Positions 22,107 through 33,515 are shown, counted from the stretch's first letter. The stretch: 64,000 nucleotides of DNA from Ignisphaera sp. (GCA_038821645.1 JAWBDT010000003.1:68402-132401); one strand, 5' to 3'. The notes: generated by a model from the letters alone, not told the origin. Numbers and translations: made by a program.

Positions 22107-22937
22107 TTACTTGATGTAGTATGATATAGCTTTGCTCAATACCTTTAATAGTTTTTTACGTGATGGAGAAAGAATAGACTCTGTACCTATCTTTGATTTC
22201 GATCTCTCTTTATCTAGATTAACTTTGATTATTTTTGGTGATTTATCTAATACTTCATGAATAACAGCACCATTTTCATCAACTATTGATGTAGGCATAA
22301 ACATTACTTCTTCATCTTTTTTTCTAATAGTGTATCCGATACTTATAATCATTGAGTTAAGCTCTAGTGATCTGGTTTTCATTATAGCGGTTATCTTATC
22401 TACTGATATTTGTGGATATGGATAGAAAATCACTACATCAACATTCGTTATCTTCATCAAGAGCGAAAGCTCTGGTAGATGTATATCTTCTGCTATGAAT
22501 ATACCTATGGTGAGACCACAGATATTGATTATAGGTGGTGAAGAGCTTTGTCCAAATTTTGAAGGCGTGTTTACTTGACTTATAACTGATTTAATGTTCA
22601 TTGACGGATCTACTAGAAATGCTGATCTATATATTTTTGAACCTCTTCTTTCAAGTATGGGTCCGCTTAGTATATATATTTTGAATTTATTAGCTAATCT
22701 TGCTAATTGCTCAGAAGTTCTTCCAGGTATAGTTTCTGTAATCCTCCTAGTCTTCAGATTCTTCTTTAAATCAAAAATAGGTATACCATTTATCATGGCC
22801 GGCAATAAAACTACTTCAGCACCCTCGTTTTTTGCTCGCTCTATCATTTCTTCAATTCTCTGAATATTTTGATCATATTTACCGAGATCTATAACGCTAT
22901 GAAGAACAGACATAACGTTTTTTACATTGTTTGACAT
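22107..22937 (-). CDS. Carbon-nitrogen hydrolase (nitrilase) fold protein with a degenerate active site
   Basis: GAEVVLLP, ETIPG, IYRSAFLVDP, IGIFIAED..LPEL; overlaps the reverse gyrase 3' end by 16 nt. Confidence 0.75.
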   Translation of the reverse strand: MSNNVKNVMSVLHSVIDLGKYDQNIQRIEEMIERAKNEGAEVVLLPAMINGIPIFDLKKNLKTRRITETIPGRTSEQLARLANKFKIYILSGPILERRGSKIYRSAFLVDPSMNIKSVISQVNTPSKFGQSSSPPIINICGLTIGIFIAEDIHLPELSLLMKITNVDVVIFYPYPQISVDKITAIMKTRSLELNSMIISIGYTIRKKDEEVMFMPTSIVDENGAVIHEVLDKSPKIIKVNLDKERSKSKIGTESILSPSRKKLLKVLSKAISYYIK

Positions 22938-25900
22938 ACCTTCACACCTTCACCATATAGTTCAGAAATTACATGCTTACATACTTCTTTAAATAACTCT
23001 TGTATTACATCTATATAATTGACTTTACCTGATTCTACAGCCTGTATCTTTGTATAGAGTTCCTGTGTTCTCTTGACACTCACCATCCTCCTTAGTTCAT
23101 TACGAACCATGTTGAGTATCTTGGTAACATTTTCGACAATATTTTCACTTCTTCTGTATACAGACCTTATGGTGTTTAGAAACATCTCGAAATCGATATC
23201 TTTATCATCAAAACTCGCTCCAGCAAGAAGAAGATACACATATATCCCTTCTATATCAGGTATAAGTATACCGCCTTTTACACTCATCGTATAGCCTCTC
23301 TTAATAATCGTATCTATGATTTTAGCATATGTACTGGGTCTACCTATACCTACCTCCTTCATCCACCTAATTATATCACCTTGAGTTGGCATCGTATATT
23401 CACTCAAAACAACAGTTCTTATCTTTAAAGGTTTTAGAGAAAATGTTGTATTAGGTACAGAGATAACTTTTATTGGCATATACATCAATAGGAATCCTGG
23501 GTCAATTACATTCGTTACGAGCTCTATAGTATGTGAGAATACTTCGTTATTATCGATATAGACTGTTGCAATGTATCTAGTTTTCTCCACAATGCCAGGC
23601 TTCATCTGACTTGCCATAAACCTTCTGAATATAAGATCATAGAGTTTGAAATGTTTAGCAGTAAGTCTTAATGGAGTCTCTATAATACCTTCAGCTATAA
23701 GCTCTTTAAGTCTGTCCACATCTATAGGTTTTGTTGGACGTATACCTTCGTGAGCTCCTCCGCTACCCCAAGTTCTAGGTTCAAAGACTTCAGAAAGTTT
23801 ATCGCCATAGATACTAGATATATACTCTTTAGCTACACCTATACCGGCCGACGATATTCTTGTTGAATCTGTTCTATGGTAAGTTATAAATCCAAGCTCG
23901 AAAAGATCTTGAGCAAGTCTCATAGCCTCTACAGCATCGATCTTCAGAACTCTATATGCTTCAGCTATCATTTCATCTGTTGTAAATGGTGGTAATGGAT
24001 ATAGTCTCTCAATACTTACTGATATAGGTCTAAAAACAACTTCCACACGTGATGGAGAAAGCCTTTTGATCTCTTCGCCAAGAGCCTTCTCTAGTAAATC
24101 TTGAGGAACTTCTATAGATATCCCATCAAGATATATGATCTTGGTTTTTCTAGCTGTTGTTAGCTTCTTGATATAGAGCTCTATGATCCTGCCAAGAACA
24201 GGTGTCTGAACCCTGCCTGCACTTAACCTTCCTTCTCTTTCTCGCAAACCTATATCGAGAGTCTTCAGCTTGTTCGTCACATATTCAGAAAGTGCAAACC
24301 CCAATAACCTATCCTCTATCCTTCTAGTTATCTGAGCTTCAACAAGCGATAAATTGACTTCCCTGGGATTCCTAAAAGCATTCATTACAGCTTTTCTAGT
24401 AACCTCATGGAACTCTATCCTCATAATTGATTTAGCGAAAGGTGCTAAGGATATCGCTATATCGTATCCTATCTTCTCGCCTTCAGCATCAGGATCTGTA
24501 GCTATAAATATCTCGTCAACTTCCATAGCTATTTTCTGAAGTACCTCAATAACAGATCTAGATGATTTTACTCTATCACTCCCACAGATAGGACATGTTT
24601 CTCCTTTTACGAATTGTGTACCGCATCTAAGGCATCTTTTAATGTAATCATATTTTGGTAGAAAGAGTGTCTTTTCCTTGTGTTTAGCAATAGCTATTCC
24701 ATAGACACTATCTTCCTGAATACCTTCTTCAACTAATTCAAAAACATGACCACCAGTAGAGGTTATAAGCAGATGTATATCGCCTACATTAGTTTCATAA
24801 ATTCTTAGACCATCTATTTCCCTAAACGTTGGTCTTCCAAAGAATGATGCTATAGTTCTAGCTTTATTAGGAGATTCAACTATAAATAAAGCTGTTCTAA
24901 CTCTAAGCTCCTTGGGTACTTCACGAAGATCTAGTTTACCAGATCTAATTGCTTTCAATAGTTCTCTATCATCATCAATACGTTTGATTACATTATCAAT
25001 ATCTACTGTTTCTAAGGAACTCATTGAAAAATCCTCTATAAAGTACTTTACTCTGTCTACAAGTCCATTAAGCAGTCTAATATCATCGACTAATACTATG
25101 GAAAGTCCTGTCGTTATACCTCCAACAAAAAGTCTCGAAGTTCTGCCGCTAGCCTGTATATATGTAGGTGCATCTGGTATCAATATGTAAAGTGTGTTGT
25201 TTTCTTCAACAATAGATGCTTTCTGATATTTCTTGAGGGCCTCAACTATATTCTTATCAGATAGAAGAGATGTAACGAAATTGTGGGCTTCGGTTATTAT
25301 GGAGGCTATAGGTTCTTCTATAGGTTCTTGTGAAGATATCTTATCAACTATAATCTTAATTCTTTCAGCAGACATCTGTCGAAGGATTCTTCTGAGCTGT
25401 GCTATAAGTCTAATTGCCTTATCTTTCTGTTTCTCATCCTCTATTACATCTAAAAGTACTGTTAAAAGCCTCAGTAAGTTCTGTGGATTAAATCCTATTT
25501 GTGTTATCGAAATTTTGTGCCTAGGGACTCCAATAAATATGGCATATCTGATCCTCTCCGGGATATCTATTCCTCTCACAAGAAGACCATAGTACGTGGC
25601 TACACCTATTAGAGCCTTTATCTCACCTAAGATGAATCGTTCTAGAGTGTCTGTTCTCCTGCTCGAGAGCACTTCAACATCTATACCTCTATCTCTAAGT
25701 TCATTACAGAGTTTGTTAGCGTATTCTAATCCTCGATCAATTGTTACATATATTAGACATCCATCGCCTAATTTATTGATAAGTTTTGCAACAATATCTG
25801 CTACTTCCTCTTCTTTAGGCATCAACATGTAGGTATCTACAACATTTCTATAAACTTCAACAGCAGATCCTATATTGAATCCCAATAATTCTCTAAATAA

Positions 25901-26959
25901 TCTGATCCTCTTGCCTCTAGCTCTTCCTGTAGCAGAGCTAATTGCAAGTATTCCACATTTCCTTCTTGTAGCTAGAATTTCGCGCTGAAGATCATTAAAA
26001 ATATCTCTGATATGTTTCTCGCCTTCATAACACATACCTCTAGTTTTTTCATTTTCAGATGAGTCACACTTCATTACTCTCTGACGAAGAGCCATGAGTT
26101 TATACGCTTTCTCTATATCCCTTTCACCAAATCCTATAAGCTTCAAAATCATGTCTATGGCTTTACTACCCTTCATTACAGCATCAACATCGTCTACAAA
26201 AACAAAATCTATCTTATATCCTTTGGAGAGAAATTCATTGAACACATCATTAAAGTTTCTCATGAGGTACTTAGACGTTGTGATAATTATATCAAAATAA
26301 CCCTCACGTATAGCTTTTTCATATTCTTCTCTTTTCTTTGGTGAAAGCTTTGAATGCATAGCTATAATCTGAACTATTATACCTGCTCTTTCTGCAAACT
26401 CTCTTAACCTTTCTTCACACTGTTTCACAAGGATAGATGTTGGAACGATTATGTATGCCTTTTTACCTAATCTATAGGATAGATAGAGAGCTACTATCAA
26501 TCCAAACGTTGTTTTACCTACACCTGTAGGAGCTATAAGTGCAAAACTCTGGTTTTGAGCAATTCTTACAGCCCAGCTTATCTGGAGATGCCAAGGAGAA
26601 CTCTTCAAACATTTGACAAAAAATTCACTAAAGTCATGCACAAATTTTTGAACATCAACAACTTTTCTAATGCTACTTTCAGTGAATACTTCCTTAACAT
26701 GTTTTGTTAGTTCAATCATATTACTAACAGGTATTATCTCGTTAGTACCCATACATTTTGAGCAAGCATTCTTAAACAACAATCTACTATCTTCTATAGG
26801 ACCACCACAATTGGGACATAAATGTAGATATATACCTCTAGGAAGCAAGAGCTTGTTAATGTGATTTTCATCTACTTTATGTAGAGAAACCTTAACACTT
26901 AATGCAGGTAATACCATAGAAAATCCAGCTGAATCATATCCTCGAGAACCTATATTCAT
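22922..26959 (-). CDS. rgy: Reverse gyrase
   Basis: CPNCGG Zn finger, APTGVGKT, DDVD, QASGRTSR, ESPNKA, ATDPDAEGE, SAGRVQTP, ITYHRTDS, GIGRPSTY. Confidence 0.97.
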   Translation of the reverse strand: MNIGSRGYDSAGFSMVLPALSVKVSLHKVDENHINKLLLPRGIYLHLCPNCGGPIEDSRLLFKNACSKCMGTNEIIPVSNMIELTKHVKEVFTESSIRKVVDVQKFVHDFSEFFVKCLKSSPWHLQISWAVRIAQNQSFALIAPTGVGKTTFGLIVALYLSYRLGKKAYIIVPTSILVKQCEERLREFAERAGIIVQIIAMHSKLSPKKREEYEKAIREGYFDIIITTSKYLMRNFNDVFNEFLSKGYKIDFVFVDDVDAVMKGSKAIDMILKLIGFGERDIEKAYKLMALRQRVMKCDSSENEKTRGMCYEGEKHIRDIFNDLQREILATRRKCGILAISSATGRARGKRIRLFRELLGFNIGSAVEVYRNVVDTYMLMPKEEEVADIVAKLINKLGDGCLIYVTIDRGLEYANKLCNELRDRGIDVEVLSSRRTDTLERFILGEIKALIGVATYYGLLVRGIDIPERIRYAIFIGVPRHKISITQIGFNPQNLLRLLTVLLDVIEDEKQKDKAIRLIAQLRRILRQMSAERIKIIVDKISSQEPIEEPIASIITEAHNFVTSLLSDKNIVEALKKYQKASIVEENNTLYILIPDAPTYIQASGRTSRLFVGGITTGLSIVLVDDIRLLNGLVDRVKYFIEDFSMSSLETVDIDNVIKRIDDDRELLKAIRSGKLDLREVPKELRVRTALFIVESPNKARTIASFFGRPTFREIDGLRIYETNVGDIHLLITSTGGHVFELVEEGIQEDSVYGIAIAKHKEKTLFLPKYDYIKRCLRCGTQFVKGETCPICGSDRVKSSRSVIEVLQKIAMEVDEIFIATDPDAEGEKIGYDIAISLAPFAKSIMRIEFHEVTRKAVMNAFRNPREVNLSLVEAQITRRIEDRLLGFALSEYVTNKLKTLDIGLREREGRLSAGRVQTPVLGRIIELYIKKLTTARKTKIIYLDGISIEVPQDLLEKALGEEIKRLSPSRVEVVFRPISVSIERLYPLPPFTTDEMIAEAYRVLKIDAVEAMRLAQDLFELGFITYHRTDSTRISSAGIGVAKEYISSIYGDKLSEVFEPRTWGSGGAHEGIRPTKPIDVDRLKELIAEGIIETPLRLTAKHFKLYDLIFRRFMASQMKPGIVEKTRYIATVYIDNNEVFSHTIELVTNVIDPGFLLMYMPIKVISVPNTTFSLKPLKIRTVVLSEYTMPTQGDIIRWMKEVGIGRPSTYAKIIDTIIKRGYTMSVKGGILIPDIEGIYVYLLLAGASFDDKDIDFEMFLNTIRSVYRRSENIVENVTKILNMVRNELRRMVSVKRTQELYTKIQAVESGKVNYIDVIQELFKEVCKHVISELYGEGVKVCQTM

Positions 26960-27085
26960 GTTTTCTCTCCTGGACTAGCTATTCACACTTACTATAAAAA
27001 TTTTCATTACATAAAGTTCTAGTCTAGAGCTTAAAGTTAGGTGAATTAAGCTAGAAATGAAAGATGAAAAGATATGGGTAAAAAT

Positions 27086-28466
27086 TTACCTTCTCTTAAT
27101 GAAATATCCAAGAATTACTCCAATAACAACAACAACTATACCAATGCCTATTGTTGCTACCCAGTTCTGCTCTACCAAAGTGGTAGTAGTTGGGTATGTT
27201 GCTGTAGAAGTAACAATATTTGTCTTAACAGACGTTTGTATTATAGTGGTTTCTTGAGTTACAGTAGTAAACATTGTTTTAGTAGTTTGTTGAGTTACAG
27301 TAGTAGTTGTTGGTTTGGTTATAGTTTCAGTTTTCATTATTGTTTCTGTAATCCTTATTTCAGATACTTTCGGTACACTTACTGTTGTTGTAATACTCTT
27401 CTCTATTGTTGTTGTAATCTTCTCAACTATTACAGTTGTTAGTGTTGTAGTAATTTGGTGTGTTACTTCAACGGTTACTATAGTAGGAGTCGGTGTAGGA
27501 GTTGTAGGTGGTAATGCCACATTTAATTCATAGTAGTATTCATAGAATGTCCAGCAGAATTTAGCTGTAGCTTGCGTACTTGAGAAAAATTCGCCAAATA
27601 GATCTATCATCTGTATTATATACTCCTTTAATGCATCTAAACTCCATTTATCTGGATGCATAGAATTTAGTAATCTTAAGGTTTCATCTATAAATATATT
27701 GATGTATAAGCCTATCTTTGCTTTGGGATATTGTTCCTTTGCTAGAAATGTTATTTCGGTATGATCTGCTAATGACTGATCTGTATTTCTTCCATATACA
27801 TCAAATTCTATGCATCTTAATGTATCGTTGATCTAGACTGGAATAATATAGCTACCTACTAAAGTGCCCCTGGCGCATCAGCTTCCGGACTACAGTACAT
27901 TTGTATACTGATCAATATATCTCCTCGTGATGTTCCACCACTTCTCAAAGTCTTGGGTATCCATAGGTAGTAGTTTATAGCTATTGGTGTAAGTGTTTTT
28001 GTAAAGTCCACAGATACATTAAATACTGCCTTGACAGTTGGTAATTCACTTAACTTTATAGGCAATTTGAAATATGGATGAGGATCTGGATTACTTCCCC
28101 AAATGTTTATCCCGTATCTAAAGCCTGGTCCAGCTATAAGTCTTACTCTTGTTGGATAAAGCTCGCTGAAATCACCTTCACCTGTAACACTTTCTTCAGT
28201 AACAGTAAGTGTTATACTTCCAACAGCTGTATCTGGTATATTCCATAAATTCGCTACAACATCTACATAAGTTAACCTGATCGTAGCCCACTTATTGCCA
28301 GCACTTCCTACTGCCTGACCAGTAATCTTATTTGGATCTGGAAATATAGTTGCTATTTGTACTTGTTGTTGAGTGTATGAGTTGTATGAGTTGATGGATG
28401 CTGTAAGTAACAGCATTATAGAGAGCACTAAAAACTGTTTTAGTTCTTTTATTTAGCGTTATGCAA
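27086..28466 (-). pseudogene. Disrupted membrane-anchored GH12-like (endoglucanase-fold) gene
   Basis: ORFs 27859-28428 and 27086-27661 join through a frameshift at the G4 run (27867-27870) and an in-frame TAG (27833-27835); NLWN and LPIKLSELP motifs, Thr-rich linker, C-terminal TM and KRR. Confidence 0.75.
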
Positions 28467-28636
28467 ATCAACAAGTTACACTCTGTCATACTGTCTATAA
28501 ATAGAATTTAAAAACTTAGCTTAAATCGTACTCGTAAGTTACCTCAGACATCAACAATAACGTAACAATTAGTAGTTAAAAAGCAGAGCTTAAGTTTTAT
28601 ATTGTATCACTCAAGTATTAATTCGTGGTGTTTAGT

Positions 28637-29584
28637 ATGTGTATAGCTGTTGTCGGTAGTATACATGCTGATTTTTATATAAAGACCAAGAAATTTCCAC
28701 AACCAGATGAAACGGTTATCGGTAACGATTTCGCAATACACCCAGGTGGTAAAGGTGCTAACCAAGCTGTAGGATGTGCTCGTCTAGGTATTGAGACATA
28801 TATGATAGGAGCTGTAGGCAATGATTATATAGGTCGTCTGCTCATAGAAAATCTTGCAAAGAATGGTATAAAGGTAGATTACATCTTTACAGCAGAATGT
28901 AGTAGTGGAGTAGCATTTATAATTCTTAACGAAGAAACTGGCGAAAATATGATAATAGTTTCATCTGGTGCTGATAACGCTCTTACACCAAATTATGTAG
29001 AGGATGTTCTTGAAAATCTAAAGAATAGAGCTAGAACTCTTTTAGTTCAACTTGAGATACCTATAGAGACAGTATATAAAGCAATTGAAATAGCTAAAGA
29101 GATGGGTATGACTACAATACTGAATCCCGCACCAGCAAGATCTTTAGATAGGTATATCTACAGCTACATAGATGTGATTGTTCCAAATAGAGTTGAGCTT
29201 CAGCAACTTACAAACATCAAGATAGCTACCATTGATGATGTTTTTAAGGCTAGCGAAGAACTACTAAACTATGGCTGTAACGCTGTAGTGACTACACTTG
29301 GATCTATGGGAGCAGCAGTAGTTACTCCATCAATAAGAGTTATTGTTCCAGCATTCAAGACCCAGATAGTAGATACAGTTGGAGCTGGCGATGCCTTTGT
29401 AGCAGGTCTTGCAGTATCGCTATATGAAAATAGAGATATAGTTGAAGCTGTCAAATATGCTAATGCAACAGCTGCTTTAAAGATTATGCGCATGGGTGCT
29501 CAAAGTATGCCAACACGCAGTGAAGTTGAAGAGTTTCTAAAGAAGTATTCACAAAACAGTAATGAAATATTAAAGATATATTGA
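28637..29584 (+). CDS. rbsK: Ribokinase (PfkB family)
   Basis: PGGKGANQA, GENMI, QLEIP, NPAPA, DTVGAGDAF. Confidence 0.85.
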   Translation: MCIAVVGSIHADFYIKTKKFPQPDETVIGNDFAIHPGGKGANQAVGCARLGIETYMIGAVGNDYIGRLLIENLAKNGIKVDYIFTAECSSGVAFIILNEETGENMIIVSSGADNALTPNYVEDVLENLKNRARTLLVQLEIPIETVYKAIEIAKEMGMTTILNPAPARSLDRYIYSYIDVIVPNRVELQQLTNIKIATIDDVFKASEELLNYGCNAVVTTLGSMGAAVVTPSIRVIVPAFKTQIVDTVGAGDAFVAGLAVSLYENRDIVEAVKYANATAALKIMRMGAQSMPTRSEVEEFLKKYSQNSNEILKIY

Positions 29585-29926
29585 TACCCCATACATAGAC
29601 ATCACATATCTCGATCAAAATGCCATGACCATATGCATGAATTTATCTCAACAAGATTCGCTAGCATGCTCTATACATAAATTTTCTAGTAGTTCTAGAT
29701 GTCGTGAAGCTCTCCTATTTTAACATTCATTACATAATTCAAAACCTTACTTGGATAACGTTTCGATCGTAACTACATCAGATTCAACTCTAATTATACT
29801 CTTACTGAAACCTTGTGAATAGTTATCCTCTGGAAACATTTTAAGTTTCTACAAAGATTATGTTAAGTCAGGATATTCCTCATGATTTCATTTACTGCTG
29901 AATAAAAATGAATTATTAGTATTCAG

Positions 29927-31420
29927 TTAAGCCTTACCGTAAAGTAGTTCAAGAAATCTTGTGTATGCTTCATCATGTTCTTTACTGTGATTAGGTTCAT
30001 ATACACTGATCTGATATGAATTCTGAACATATTCTCTTAATTCTCTCAAAGACTTTATTATACCTAAGCCTGCTACTTGTAGAAGTACATTACCTATCGA
30101 TGTAGCTTCTTCAGGACCTGCATACACTTTTTTGTTAGTGAAGTCAGCAGTAAGTTGGTTGAGTAGCCAGTTTCTAGAACCTCCTCCAAATATGTTTATA
30201 TGTGTTAGTTTTCTACCTATAAGATCTTCTGCTTGTTCAAAAACAAGTCTATATTTTAGAGCAAGACTTTCGAATACTATTCTGAAGAGTTCGCCAATAT
30301 TTGATGGTTTTTCTTGTTTTGTTTCCTCGAGGTACTGCATTATAGCGTCAACCATGTTCAATGGTGCTACAAACCTATCATCATCAGGATCTATGAATGC
30401 CTTAAATGGTTTTGCTTCTAGAGCCATCTTGAGTATCTCTGGATAAGAGAGTTGCTGACCTTGCTCACTTAGTACTCTTCTAACTTCCTCAACTATCCAC
30501 ATACCTTGGATGTTTCTGAGAAATGTTATAGTATTGAACGCCCCTCCCTCATTAGTAAAGTTGTACTCCATAGCTTTCCTGTTTATTAGAGGTTCTGGAA
30601 GCTCTACACCTACTAGAGACCATGTACCAGAACTCACATAACCAGCACTCTCATTAACCATAGGTCCTGCTGCTATTGCTGAAGCAGTATCATGGGTTGC
30701 TGGCGCAATTATCTCTATATCTTTTGGTACATCAAGTTCCGAGACGAGTTTTGGAGATATTTTACCTAATTTTGTGGTTGGCTCGATAACTGGAGGAAAT
30801 ATATGTGTAGGTATTCCCAACGCCTCAAGTATATCATATGCCCAGTTCTTTGCCTTGGGATCGAGAAACTGTGTTGTTGTTGCTTCAGTAAATTCTGCAA
30901 AGGCTTCACCGCTTAACCAGTAGTTGAATAGATCGGGTATCATTAGGAAGGTTTTGGCTATCTTCAGCTGTGGAGAACCTTTCTTAACCATTGAATATAT
31001 TTGAAACAATGTATTTATCCTTATGAACTGTATACCTGTTCTCTCATATATCTTCTCTTTTGGAACTATCTTCAGAACTTCTTCAAGTATACCCTCAGTT
31101 CTAGGATCTCTATATGTGTGTGGATTACCGATGAGTTCACCTTTCTCGTCTAAAAGAGCATAATCTATTCCCCAAGTATCTACACCTATAGATAGAAGCC
31201 TATTACCATACCTTCTATAGGCAAGCTTTATCGCATACTTCATCTCGTGCCATATCCTGAGAACATCCCAATGAAGACTCTCGCCTACCCTAACCATATA
31301 GTTAGGCCAACGGTAAAGCTCTTCAACACGTACCTTCTTTTCCTTCTCATCAATAAATCCAACCATAGCTCTACAACTACTAGCACCTAAATCAAAGGCT
31401 AGTACAACAATTTCGCTCAT
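29927..31420 (-). CDS. Rhamnulokinase-like FGGY kinase (C1-phosphorylating subfamily)
   Basis: AFDLGASSCR, DTWGIDY, YRDPRT, HDTASA, SSGTWSLVG, FTNEGG, GGGSRN, GPEEAT. Confidence 0.85.
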   Translation of the reverse strand: MSEIVVLAFDLGASSCRAMVGFIDEKEKKVRVEELYRWPNYMVRVGESLHWDVLRIWHEMKYAIKLAYRRYGNRLLSIGVDTWGIDYALLDEKGELIGNPHTYRDPRTEGILEEVLKIVPKEKIYERTGIQFIRINTLFQIYSMVKKGSPQLKIAKTFLMIPDLFNYWLSGEAFAEFTEATTTQFLDPKAKNWAYDILEALGIPTHIFPPVIEPTTKLGKISPKLVSELDVPKDIEIIAPATHDTASAIAAGPMVNESAGYVSSGTWSLVGVELPEPLINRKAMEYNFTNEGGAFNTITFLRNIQGMWIVEEVRRVLSEQGQQLSYPEILKMALEAKPFKAFIDPDDDRFVAPLNMVDAIMQYLEETKQEKPSNIGELFRIVFESLALKYRLVFEQAEDLIGRKLTHINIFGGGSRNWLLNQLTADFTNKKVYAGPEEATSIGNVLLQVAGLGIIKSLRELREYVQNSYQISVYEPNHSKEHDEAYTRFLELLYGKA

Positions 31421-31642
31421 GATACATACACCCACAATACTATCTTCTGCTGAGTAGATATAAACCTTCCTATCAGTTTAATACACCAAATGTATGCATC
31501 ATGTACTGTATTTCCATACGCCTTATCAGAATCATGACGAGTAGTTAAATATTAGTAAATAATCTAGGCTAGCATATCGATATGACTAGACTTTAATAAA
31601 GATTTTAAACCGAGAACACAAGGCATAACAATAGGTGTAATT

Positions 31643-32665
31643 GTGACTAAATTAAATCCATTCATAGTTTTTGTGATAAAGAGAGTTAGCATGATGATTT
31701 TAACATTTTTTGTAGCAGCAACACTGATATTCCTATTGCCACGTCTTATCCCAGGAAACCCGCTAGCCATGTTAATATATTCTCTAGTTCAGACTGGTGC
31801 ATCTGATCCAGAAAGACTTAAAGCAGTTGAGAGAATGCTTTTAGAGTACTTCCAGCTCGATAAACCTCTATACGAACAATACTTCAGATTTATTCAAGAC
31901 CTCTTTAGAGGAGATTTAGGGAGATCTATAATGTTCTTTCCAAATACTGTTAATGATATTATCGCCAGATACCTTCCATGGACTTTAGCTCTACTTATAC
32001 CAGCAATAGTGGCTTCATGGAGTGTAGGAAACATCATAGGAGTTGTAGCAGCTATAAATAGAGGAAAAATTACCGATAAAGTTGTTCTACCACTACTTGC
32101 AGTTCTTCAAGGTACACCTCCATACATATTCGCCATGTATCTGTTGCTAATCTTTGGCGTGTACCTTAAGATTCTACCTACTGGAGGTGGATGGTCTCCA
32201 ACTTTAAGACCTAGCCTATCTGCAACATTTGTTCTAGACTACCTAAGACACTATATACTACCATTCACATCAATATTCCTAACATCTTTAGGTGGATGGG
32301 GACTAAGTATGAGGAATATCGCTTTACAAGAATTGACAACAGATTACATGGACTACGTCAGAGTTCTAGCACTTTCACAGAAAAAGACCATAAGATATCT
32401 CTTTAAGTGTTCAGCTTTACCACAAATAGTTGGTTTAGCGATAGTTTTAGGATGGAGTGTGGCTGGTTCAGTTATAACTGAAATAGTGTTCAATTACCCT
32501 GGTATAGGTACAGCTCTCTGGAGAGCACTACAGTCTACAGACTATATGTTGATACAGGGCTTCTTCGTAATACTGATAGGGACGATAATACTAGCCAACT
32601 TTATATCAGAGATCATGTTTGCTGTTATCGATCCACGAGTTAGATATGCATATGTAGGTGCATAA
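31643..32665 (+). CDS. ABC transporter permease (DppB/OppB type, sugar subfamily)
   Basis: PRLIPGNP, GDLGRS, EIVFNYPGIG, DPRVR. Confidence 0.9.
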   Translation: MTKLNPFIVFVIKRVSMMILTFFVAATLIFLLPRLIPGNPLAMLIYSLVQTGASDPERLKAVERMLLEYFQLDKPLYEQYFRFIQDLFRGDLGRSIMFFPNTVNDIIARYLPWTLALLIPAIVASWSVGNIIGVVAAINRGKITDKVVLPLLAVLQGTPPYIFAMYLLLIFGVYLKILPTGGGWSPTLRPSLSATFVLDYLRHYILPFTSIFLTSLGGWGLSMRNIALQELTTDYMDYVRVLALSQKKTIRYLFKCSALPQIVGLAIVLGWSVAGSVITEIVFNYPGIGTALWRALQSTDYMLIQGFFVILIGTIILANFISEIMFAVIDPRVRYAYVGA

Positions 32666-32667
32666 AG

Positions 32668-33501
32668 TTGAAGATACCCGGTATACTAAGGATAAAAAAG
32701 TTTGTCATAGGTATCGCGATATTCGCTGCCATAGTTATTACAGGACTCATAGGTCCAATTTTCTATAAAGTTGATCCCGGCAGAATGGTTGATAGAAGAT
32801 ATCTACCACCATCAACAAAATATCCATTGGGAACAGACGCTCTAGGAAGAGATGTTTTAGCACAATTCCTTCACGGTATAAGAGGATCTCTGTTGGTGGG
32901 TTCAGTAGCTTCCGGTATAGCTTTAGCATTAGCGATATTTCTTGGAACTATAGCAGCAGTATTCGGGGGATTAGTGGATAAAGTTATACTGACGGTTTCA
33001 GAAATCTTCATAATAATACCAGCTATCCTACTAATGATGGTTTTAGCTGCATATCTACCAGAAAGAAATCTATGGCTTGTAGCATTTGTTATAGGTATAA
33101 CATCATGGGGTGGATGGGCAAGAGGATTCAGATCCAGATCTATGAGCATACTCTCGTCAGAGTACATAAATATGGCTATTCTCTCTGGAGCTTCTAGGCT
33201 TAGTATAATTGTTAAAGATATCCTACCGGTCATCTCCCCATACATATTAGCGGCTTTCGCAATGATATTTTCTTACGCAGTCATGTCTGAAGTTGGTTTA
33301 ACAGTAATAGGCATAGGTATGACTAAAGACATCACCCTAGGACTTGTACTATATATAGCTCAGCTATATGCAAACATTACACAAGGCATATGGTGGACAT
33401 TCGTACCACCAACAATAGCAATAATAGCTATATATCTCTCCCTCTACATGATAGCTATATCGTTGGATGAATACTTCTCACCAAAAGTAGGCTCTATGTA
33501 A
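32668..33501 (+). CDS. ABC transporter permease (DppC/OppC type)
   Basis: PLGTDALGRD, EYINMA..SGAS, WW..VPP. Confidence 0.9.
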   Translation: MKIPGILRIKKFVIGIAIFAAIVITGLIGPIFYKVDPGRMVDRRYLPPSTKYPLGTDALGRDVLAQFLHGIRGSLLVGSVASGIALALAIFLGTIAAVFGGLVDKVILTVSEIFIIIPAILLMMVLAAYLPERNLWLVAFVIGITSWGGWARGFRSRSMSILSSEYINMAILSGASRLSIIVKDILPVISPYILAAFAMIFSYAVMSEVGLTVIGIGMTKDITLGLVLYIAQLYANITQGIWWTFVPPTIAIIAIYLSLYMIAISLDEYFSPKVGSM

Positions 33502-33515
33502 ATTGAGGTGAAGAT

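Noticed and set aside
27170-27520. Repetitive ACA/ACT-rich DNA here and at about 37270-37390 as a possible tandem array
   Set aside because: These encode Thr-rich linkers before C-terminal membrane anchors; there is no fixed-period repeat-spacer structure.
27833-27835. In-frame TAG as possible pyrrolysine or readthrough site
   Set aside because: It is accompanied by a frameshift ~35 nt away and a further lesion near the start; decay is the simpler explanation.
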